From: an uncultured Clostridia bacterium | GTDB taxonomy: Bacteria > Bacillota > Clostridia > Christensenellales > UBA1242 | DNA: 64,000 nt | Direction of reading: 5' to 3' | Assembly (NCBI GenBank): GCA_944377305.1 | Contig: CALWEL010000001.1 | Coordinates: 55,512 to 119,511, forward strand | Shown: in pieces, positions 47,467-55,231 of the stretch | Layout of the letters: the number at the start of each line of letters is the position of its first letter | Numbering within the stretch: position 1 is the stretch's first letter | Position numbers and translations under genes: made by a program | The notes under the pieces: model-generated | What the model was told of the DNA's origin: nothing | Database searches by the model: none | What the model saw: the letters and a program-made list of their open reading frames with translations, nothing else

Positions 47467-50400
47467 ATGGGATCAGTTTATAAATATTACAAAGAGCGTT
47501 TGATTGAAATAAGTGGGAAAAATAGAAGTCTTTATGCACGAAATATTAGCAGAAAATATTCGTACGATATCGGTGCAGTGATTGGAAACGATAAGGATGA
47601 GTTTCAAGAATTTTTTACATTCTTGTGGAAAGGCAAGCGTACTGGATATTCTTTGATAAATAAAAATATGAAAGATCGATTGTTTAAGAATTTTAATCTT
47701 GAAGGGAAGATCAAACCCCAATTCAAGTCTACTGATGGAATGGAGGCAGAGGAGAAAAGGGCAGAAAATCTAAGGCGTGAACGTTTGCGTAGAGAAGAAG
47801 GAAAGCGTATAATTTCATCTCAAGTCAATGCATTGCGTGGATTAAAAAGAGAGATCGATGAATTCGCAAAAGAGACTGGTAGGTATGAACTATTTATTGG
47901 CTATCCTTTTGTCACAGGGGTATTGAATAAAGATGTTGTAGTGAAAGCTCCGCTGATACTTTTCCCTGTAGTTATAAATGTTGAAAACGATAATACGGTG
48001 TCAATTGAAGCGAAGTCGGATGAATTGGTTCAATTCAACAAGGTACTTATGCTCGCGTATGCAAAAGAACATAGATTAAAAAATGATGGAATGATGATGG
48101 AGTTTGATAATCTAATTGATTACAAACTTAGGACAGTGAAGGATGTGGTCGAATATCTAGCAAATTATGGATACAAATTTGATATTAGAGATAATTTTGA
48201 TTCGCTGAATAAATTCATCAAATTCGACGATATTCCCGAGCCTAATGAAGTGGATGGATTGAGAATTGTCAATTCGTGCGTGATTGGGCGTTTCCCGCTC
48301 GCCAATTCAATATATAATGACTATACCTTGCTTGAAAAAAAGCATCTGACATCGTCTGCTATTAGGCAGTTGTTGGAAGCAAAAAGTATCAAGAAAAATA
48401 AGAAATATGATGATAGAATATTCACCATAAACGATTTAGATTATGCGCAAGAGAGCGCAATAGACAAGCTGAATGAATACAACAATTTAGTCATATATGG
48501 TCCGCCTGGTACGGGTAAATCGCAAACAATTGTGAACATAATCTCGGACGCGCTCTGCAAAAATAAACGCGTGCTAGTAGTTTCGCAGAAAAAAGCTGCG
48601 CTTGAAGTGGTGTTTAATCGTTTGAATACGCTCAATTCAAAATGTATGTTCATAACGGACGCGGAGAAAAACAAAGTAGAATTTTATGAAAGATGCGCGC
48701 AGATGCATCAAGCGGTGATGAATTCAAACACAACCAATGTCGGCACACAAGATTTTGACCGAATAGAAACTGCTATTGAAAAAGAAATTGACGAACTGCA
48801 ATCTATTTCAAACGCAATGTTTACCAAGACTCCATTTGGACTTTCGCTTCAAGAGATGTATACAAATTCGGCAAAAATAGGGAAAAATAGTTATGACTAT
48901 GTTTTGTATAAACTGATGAAGAAAAACAAAGATTTGATGGCGATGGATTATCAGAGGCTTCATTCTACATTGAGAATTATAAAAGAAAAGAACAAAGCCA
49001 ATTTATATTATAGATATATTGAACTTAAGAAGAATAATCCGTTAATTGATCACATCAAAGCGAATGTGGAAATACATACTATCAACCAAATGAAAGTCTA
49101 TCTAAAAGAGATTGTTCAAAAGAATATTGTCCCATTTGATACGGCAAAACATCCGCACGCTAGGCAACTTATAATTTATATGTTGGAAAACAATGTGGAC
49201 AAAATTGAAGATATGCAACCATTGATTCATATGATCTCAAAGGTGGAAAACAAAAAATTGCACAAAGATCTTAAAATGTCAAAAGTGTTGTTCCCTGCCT
49301 ATCCGTTTGTGAAAAACAAAGTTATCAAAAAAGAAGAGGAAATCAAAGCAAATTTTGAACAGACGCTTGAAGATATTCAAAATTATATCAGCCAATATTC
49401 TTTGCTAAATAAAGTGTTGGATAGAAAAGGCTTTTTGATGACCATTGACAATTTAATCAATGGAAATTCGATATTTTTAAGATTGCTTTTAAATGCGCTC
49501 AATGATTATATAGAAATTCGTGATGTTAATGTTTCGCTTTTGGGGCTGACGGATGACGAACGAATTATACTTAATTTTGCTTATGAAAATTCAAAGAATG
49601 CGCGTCAGTACAAAGAGATTATTGATAAATTGATGGAAATCAGAATCTATCACGAAACTATAAAGTACGAAGAACTAAACAGAACCGAACTTTCAAAGAT
49701 TATAGATTTTGAAAATATCCGCAATCGCATATTGTCGCTTAAAAAAGATGAAAAACAAATATCAAAAGAAATTTGTTTGAACAAATTCAAGGAAGAATAC
49801 ATCCAATTTTACAATAATAACGAAGAAAATAAGAATTATTTATATCAAATTACCAAACAGCAAAATCTATTGCCGATCAGGAAGACAATGGATCTATACA
49901 ATGAATTTTTGCTCAAATTGTTTCCGTGCTGGTTGTTGTCACCAGAGAGTGTATCCACAATTTTCCCGCTCAAAAAAGAGATGTTTGATATCATCTTGTT
50001 CGATGAGGCAAGTCAGGTGTTTATTGAAAATACACTTCCTACAATTTATCGTGGAAAAAGTATTGTGGTGGCGGGAGATTCAAAACAATTGCGTCCAACA
50101 GCCACTTTTGTGAAGAGATATATGGGTAATGATAGCGATGAAGAGTTGGATATGGCCACGCAAGCAGCTTTGGAAGTGGAAAGTTTGCTTGACCTTGCCA
50201 CATCTAGATTTACTAGCACAAATTTGACCTACCACTACCGAAGTAAAAGTGAAGAATTGATTGATTTTTCAAACTATGCTTTTTATGACGGTAAGTTGCA
50301 AATTGCGCCTAATATTTCAAAAAATGTGGGTTGTAAGCCGATTGAGCGAATCAAAGTCAATGGTCATTGGCTCGCTAGAAGAAATGAAGAAGAAGCAAAT

Positions 50401-51276
50401 GCTGTTGTGTCTTTGCTGAAAAAATTGATTAAAAATAAGCGAAACAAATCGTCTATTGGAATTATAACCTTCAATACCGAGCAAGAAAATGCTATTGAAG
50501 ATGCAATTGATCTCGAATGCCAAAAAGATCTTACATTCAGAGATGCGTACATTCGCGAACAAAATAGGAAAGAAAATAATGAAGATTGCTCAATTTTCAT
50601 AAAAAATTTGGAAAATGTACAGGGTGATGAGCGTGACATTATCATATTTAGTATAGGCTATGCGCGCAATGAATATGGCAAAGTTGTGGCGCACTTTGGT
50701 TCGCTGTCCGTTGAAGGCGGAGAGAACAGATTGAATGTTGCTATTACGCGTGCGAAAGAAAAAATATATGTTGTGACAAGCATCGAACCAGAAGAATTGA
50801 TTGTGGAAGGGAGCAAAAATGCGGGCCCTAAAATATTCAAAAGCTATTTGAAATATGTGCGCGCTATATCTAATAAAAAATATAAAGAGGCAGGCTTTAT
50901 TTTGGATAGTTTCAAGCCAAGTTTGCCTAATTCAAATATGGAAGTCATTAACAATTCTATTGAAAATGATATAAAAAATGAATTGCTAAAATTGGGTTAT
51001 TTCGTTGAAACCAATTTGGGAAACACTGATTACAAATTGTCGCTAGCGGTATATGACAAGAAAATTGATAGATATCTATTGGGAATTGAATGTGATTATG
51101 CGGCGTACAAGAGCAGTGACTCCATTTTGGAGCGAGATGTGTATAGGACGAAATTCCTTCAATCGCGTGGCTGGAATATTATGCGAGTGTGGAGTAGAGA
51201 TTGGTGGATGAACAAAAATAAAGTGATCACCAACATTGTGAAAGCAATCAATGAAGCAAAGAAAAAATATGTTTAA
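47467..51276 (+). CDS. DUF4011-like / SF1 (Upf1-like) helicase / C-terminal Vsr-DUF559-like PD-(D/E)xK nuclease fusion; Hhe-type putative anti-phage protein
   Basis: Helicase motifs: 'YGPPGTGKSQT' (I), 'LFDEASQV' (II), 'VVAGDSKQLRP', 'YHYRSKSEELIDFSN', 'VQGDERDIIIFS' and 'NRLNVAITRAKEK' (VI). The C-terminus, 'YKLSLAVYD..LLGIECDYAAYKSS..RDVYRTKFLQSRGWNIMRVWSRDWW', is a DUF559/Vsr-like endonuclease pattern. The N-terminal 'ERLIEISGKNRSLYARN' resembles the start of DUF4011. Confidence 0.8.
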   Translation: MGSVYKYYKERLIEISGKNRSLYARNISRKYSYDIGAVIGNDKDEFQEFFTFLWKGKRTGYSLINKNMKDRLFKNFNLEGKIKPQFKSTDGMEAEEKRAENLRRERLRREEGKRIISSQVNALRGLKREIDEFAKETGRYELFIGYPFVTGVLNKDVVVKAPLILFPVVINVENDNTVSIEAKSDELVQFNKVLMLAYAKEHRLKNDGMMMEFDNLIDYKLRTVKDVVEYLANYGYKFDIRDNFDSLNKFIKFDDIPEPNEVDGLRIVNSCVIGRFPLANSIYNDYTLLEKKHLTSSAIRQLLEAKSIKKNKKYDDRIFTINDLDYAQESAIDKLNEYNNLVIYGPPGTGKSQTIVNIISDALCKNKRVLVVSQKKAALEVVFNRLNTLNSKCMFITDAEKNKVEFYERCAQMHQAVMNSNTTNVGTQDFDRIETAIEKEIDELQSISNAMFTKTPFGLSLQEMYTNSAKIGKNSYDYVLYKLMKKNKDLMAMDYQRLHSTLRIIKEKNKANLYYRYIELKKNNPLIDHIKANVEIHTINQMKVYLKEIVQKNIVPFDTAKHPHARQLIIYMLENNVDKIEDMQPLIHMISKVENKKLHKDLKMSKVLFPAYPFVKNKVIKKEEEIKANFEQTLEDIQNYISQYSLLNKVLDRKGFLMTIDNLINGNSIFLRLLLNALNDYIEIRDVNVSLLGLTDDERIILNFAYENSKNARQYKEIIDKLMEIRIYHETIKYEELNRTELSKIIDFENIRNRILSLKKDEKQISKEICLNKFKEEYIQFYNNNEENKNYLYQITKQQNLLPIRKTMDLYNEFLLKLFPCWLLSPESVSTIFPLKKEMFDIILFDEASQVFIENTLPTIYRGKSIVVAGDSKQLRPTATFVKRYMGNDSDEELDMATQAALEVESLLDLATSRFTSTNLTYHYRSKSEELIDFSNYAFYDGKLQIAPNISKNVGCKPIERIKVNGHWLARRNEEEANAVVSLLKKLIKNKRNKSSIGIITFNTEQENAIEDAIDLECQKDLTFRDAYIREQNRKENNEDCSIFIKNLENVQGDERDIIIFSIGYARNEYGKVVAHFGSLSVEGGENRLNVAITRAKEKIYVVTSIEPEELIVEGSKNAGPKIFKSYLKYVRAISNKKYKEAGFILDSFKPSLPNSNMEVINNSIENDIKNELLKLGYFVETNLGNTDYKLSLAVYDKKIDRYLLGIECDYAAYKSSDSILERDVYRTKFLQSRGWNIMRVWSRDWWMNKNKVITNIVKAINEAKKKYV

Positions 51277-51450
51277 TTAATTACAGGTGAAAATAAATTA
51301 GATATCTCAATGAAAAGTGTTTAAAATGTTGATAAAATTATAGACAAATATAAACAATTAAAATAATAAAATATGTAAATAAAAAATTATATATTGTTTT
51401 GAATATAATAATATCAGTCTAGGAGATTTAGTTTTATTTTCACTTGTTTT

Positions 51451-51480
51451 TTTAACCTTTTTTAAGCAATTTCATATAAT
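51451..51480 (+). promoter_or_regulatory. Putative promoter of the small split gene
   Basis: TTTAAC (51451-51456), an 18-nt spacer and TATAAT (51475-51480). A GGGAGGG SD sits directly before ATG 51498. Confidence 0.3.
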
Positions 51481-51497
51481 GATATTGGGAGGGAAAT

Positions 51498-51919
51498 ATG
51501 AGTAAATGTAATGAGCGCACTCCCGATCCAGTATTAATTGATATAAATGATATGTCGAGCCATAATATTAATTTTGACTATTGCGAAAACAATAAAAATA
51601 TAGTTCTCGAATCACAAAATTTATCTAGTGTTGGCAGATTTTTAAGCGTATCTACAACGGTAAAAAATGTTTGTCCAAACAAATAGCAATAGGTTTAAGA
51701 TTATATGAAACAACTGGTGGGTGCAAGATTATTAAAGGGCATAAAATGTTTGCTATTAAACACGATAGAAATTGTTGCACGGACATAACTTTGTCAAATA
51801 TACATTTTGTTTTGCCCGAAGAGATTGCCGAAACTCAAGACAAGTCAAATGTATGCAGTCGAAGGACATTCGAACTTGAAACGACATCCCATTATATTGA
51901 CTTGAATAGTGTATCTTAA
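51498..51919 (+). CDS. Frameshift-split small Cys-containing protein (ORFs 51498..51686 and 51671..51919; ~140 aa if joined)
   Basis: Strong GGGAGGG RBS. The downstream ORF is in the -1 frame and is open from 51629. The frames overlap across an A6 run forming A_AAA_AAT (51662-51668). The unit has its own promoter-like and terminator-like elements. No family recognised. Confidence 0.45.
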
Positions 51920-52054
51920 TATACATTGCACTGTCCAATACAGACTTTGGACAGTTAGATATATGTTTTTAAAATTATCAATATTTTGATAATTTTTTTG
52001 TCTTATAAAAATAAGAATTGATATATGAATATCATAAAAAAATAGTAATTTGCA

Positions 52055-52107
52055 TTGAAAAAAAACTTTACGATGTTGGCTTGGTTGCCTTGCGTAAAGT
52101 TTTTTTA
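52055..52107. terminator. Strong bidirectional terminator
   Basis: AAACTTTACG (52063-52072) pairs with CGTAAAGTTT (52093-52102). There is inner GGC/GCC pairing, with an A8 run on the left and a T7 run on the right. Confidence 0.55.
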
Positions 52108-52432
52108 ATTGAATTTTTAAAATTTTTTATAAATTTTTTCTATTTTTCTATTTATATAATTTATATTTATTTGAATTTGAATAATTAAAAATATTTTAAA
52201 ATTTATGATTAAAATATTTATTATTTATTAAACTAATAAATTGTAATATGTATTTTATATATTTTCATATTATAATTATTAATTTAGTTTTATATTTAAT
52301 CTTTTTCTTCAATTGAATTTTTTAATGATACAATAAAAAGTTTGATAAAAAATACCAATACTCATTTTAATAATTTTTATTCTTTAATTAAAATTAATTG
52401 AAAATCAAAAAAAATTGTATTATTATAATAAT

Positions 52433-53182
52433 ATGAAAATTAAAATTCTCAATCGCTCTACATTAAAATGGATCGCACTAATTGCAATGTTGATAGATCA
52501 TATTGCAGCGATTTTGGGTGAAGCGTGTTTTGCCAATTGGAATCTGGATTGGGTGTATACCACATTTAGAATTGTGGGCAGATTGGCTTTTCCTATTTTC
52601 GCTTTCTTTATTGCAGAGGGTTGGTATTATACAAAAAACAAAAAAAAGTATTTTTTTTTAATACTCGCTTTTGCAATAATTTCACAGCCAATATATTATT
52701 TTGCGTTGAACAATTCTAGATTCAGTTTGAATATTCTCATAACTTTCCTATTCTCGTTGATCGTATTATTTTTGATAGACAAAATTAAAGCGAACAAGTC
52801 TATGGCATTTGCAAACTCAATATTGATTTTTGCTGTGGTTGTGCTCGTCATTTTGCTGGAACTATTGAATATTGATGTATCCTTCGGGTTATATGGGGTG
52901 GCGCTTCCTGTGATATTTTATTTGTGCTATCACTCGTCTTTTAAAAAACAAGTGCTGATGTGGTGTGTAGTGGCGGTGTTGATTGTTTTGAATTGGTTGG
53001 GAAATTTCTTGTTGCTAGAAGATATATCAATCAATAGTTTTATCGAATTGTTTGCTTTGCTAGTTATTCCGCTATTATGTTTATATAATGGGCAAAAAGG
53101 CAAATTTAGCTATAAATGGTTGTTTTATATTTTCTATCCCGCACATATCTTGCTGATCTACCTAATTAGTTTGTTGATATAA
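52433..53182 (+). CDS. traX: TraX-family membrane protein
   Basis: 'LKWIALIAMLIDHIA' is a typical TraX N-terminal motif. The protein is polytopic and hydrophobic. ATG 52433 is preferred over the ORF-track TTG 52415. Confidence 0.78.
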   Translation: MKIKILNRSTLKWIALIAMLIDHIAAILGEACFANWNLDWVYTTFRIVGRLAFPIFAFFIAEGWYYTKNKKKYFFLILAFAIISQPIYYFALNNSRFSLNILITFLFSLIVLFLIDKIKANKSMAFANSILIFAVVVLVILLELLNIDVSFGLYGVALPVIFYLCYHSSFKKQVLMWCVVAVLIVLNWLGNFLLLEDISINSFIELFALLVIPLLCLYNGQKGKFSYKWLFYIFYPAHILLIYLISLLI

Positions 53183-53313
53183 TGAACAATCAAAAATTTC
53201 GTGCTAAATATGGTTAATTAAAAGATTTTTTTAGATTCAATTTTCAGCGGTTAAGACGAAAATCTATAACCTATGAATTGCATTATATCTTTTTTAATGA
53301 TATAATCAAATAT

Positions 53314-54681
53314 ATGTTGACGAGCGAAAAAAGATTGCTGATAAAACAGAAAATTAAACAATTTTTTTCAAATAAAACAATTGTATTTTGTTTGTTGTTC
53401 ACTTTTTTTCACTTTTTAGCGGGTTTTTTTAAATACATTGAAATATTGCAGGGCGGGTTGATAATTCTTGCGTTTGTAATTTTGCCTATTCAATCTGCAT
53501 TGAATGTATTTTTGTATATCCATTGTTTTACTTTCAGCGCGCTTGGCGGAAGATATCCTATCTCTTTTATCATCCTTTTATCTGTCTTTGTAATTGTTAT
53601 CACAATAAAATATATCATTGGAGCGAAGAAAAAGGTTTATCCTGTCTACAAGCCATTGCTAATAGCAATTTCAGTGTTTGTGGCTTTCTATTTATCGATT
53701 AGTTTTTTCTGCGACATATACGCGGAAGCATTTTGTTATATCGGATATTTCTTTTTGGCATACTTTTTCCTTGCTATGAAAAAAGAATTTAATGTCAAGC
53801 AGTTGATGAATTATTTGACGGCGGGTTTGATTGTTTCCTGCATCCTTGCGCTAGTATCAATACCAATTCCACACTATATATATGAAGCGGTGTTTGATGG
53901 CACGCGATTCAACGCATTTTTGCATCATCCAAACTATTTATATATGATTGCACTATTAGTTTTGACATATAATTTTTATCGTTATTTGACACACAATTTG
54001 TCAAGTTTGAATTTCGTGGCAATTTATGCGGTTTGCGCGATGATCGTTTTATCTACATTGTCAAAAACGGGGATAGTTTTGCTAGTGTTTTTTTCACTCT
54101 TGTTCTTCGTCTTGTTTTTGAAAGAAAATTTCAAAAAAAGAATTATAATTGGTTTGATCATTTTGCTCACTATGGCAATTATTGCATTGATTTGTCATAA
54201 ATTTGTGTTTGCATTGATTGATCGTTTCCGCGTAAATAATGGGGATATCATAAATTCACTTTTGACGGGCAGAGATGACATTTGGATCGCATATTTGAAA
54301 AAAATTGTGGAAAATCCGTTCCGCTTTCTGTTTGGTTATGGACTCGTGGCAGAAGAAGTCTTTGTGACTAGTCAGCATATGACGCGCGCTAGCCATAATT
54401 TATTTTTGTTTTTGTTCTATAGATTTGGATTGCTCGGCGTGATTGCGCTAATGGTCATCGCATTTATCTTTGTAAAATGTTTGGACAAAAAGCAAGTAAA
54501 ATTCGTGTCTTGCTTGCCTATATTGTGGTATTTAGTGCAAAGTCTTTTTGACAACACTTTCAAGCCTTATAATTTTATATTTTTGTTTTTATCCGTGATG
54601 ATAATGTTTATGGATACAAAGGATAGCAAAACAGAATGTGTGACTGAAAAATCGTACGAGCATAAGGCGGGCAAACTATAA
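53314..54681 (+). CDS. O-antigen ligase / Wzy_C-domain polymerase-like membrane protein
   Basis: Has about 10-12 TM helices and a Wzy_C-like loop/helix '..ASHNLFLFLFYRFGLLGVIAL..'. ATG 53314 is preferred over TTG 53278. Confidence 0.72.
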   Translation: MLTSEKRLLIKQKIKQFFSNKTIVFCLLFTFFHFLAGFFKYIEILQGGLIILAFVILPIQSALNVFLYIHCFTFSALGGRYPISFIILLSVFVIVITIKYIIGAKKKVYPVYKPLLIAISVFVAFYLSISFFCDIYAEAFCYIGYFFLAYFFLAMKKEFNVKQLMNYLTAGLIVSCILALVSIPIPHYIYEAVFDGTRFNAFLHHPNYLYMIALLVLTYNFYRYLTHNLSSLNFVAIYAVCAMIVLSTLSKTGIVLLVFFSLLFFVLFLKENFKKRIIIGLIILLTMAIIALICHKFVFALIDRFRVNNGDIINSLLTGRDDIWIAYLKKIVENPFRFLFGYGLVAEEVFVTSQHMTRASHNLFLFLFYRFGLLGVIALMVIAFIFVKCLDKKQVKFVSCLPILWYLVQSLFDNTFKPYNFIFLFLSVMIMFMDTKDSKTECVTEKSYEHKAGKL

Positions 54682-55231
54682 TATATCAACAATAAAACAT
54701 TTTAAAAGAACAAAATAGCAAACATTATCATTATTAATAATATAAAGCATTTTAGATTTTGTGTTATAAAATTAATGTTATGATAAAACACATTATATCA
54801 TAATTTAATGTTATTACACAAAAAATTAATATCTCAATAGCATATAAGATTAAGGTTATAATCAATAATTGTCTATAAATCAATATAGTATAACACAATA
54901 TATGTATGATAAATATAAATATAATATTTTAATATAATTATTTATGATTTGTTGATAAAATAAATATAATATATAAATATACCATAATTATAACTAATAT
55001 TATGATTAATTTAATTATTAATTATTAAAAAATAAAAAAGTAAAAAATATATTATTTATTATTGGTTTATAATATTTTTAGTTTAAAATTTCATTTTTTT
55101 ATTTTTTTCTATCTAATTTCCATTATTTTTAAAAATTGTATATATTATTGCATAAATTTGTTTGCAATTTTATATAAATTTATTTGTAAACATTTTAAAT
55201 TTAGTTTATAATAATTGTAAGTGAGGATTTT

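Noticed and set aside
46110-52286. 14-nt direct repeat TAATTATTAATTTA at 46110-46123 and 52273-52286, flanking fkbM, hhe and the small gene, considered as possible att-like island boundaries
   Set aside because: An A/T-only 14-mer shared between two AT-saturated spacers is about as likely as not by chance on my rough estimate. There is also no integrase or tRNA nearby.
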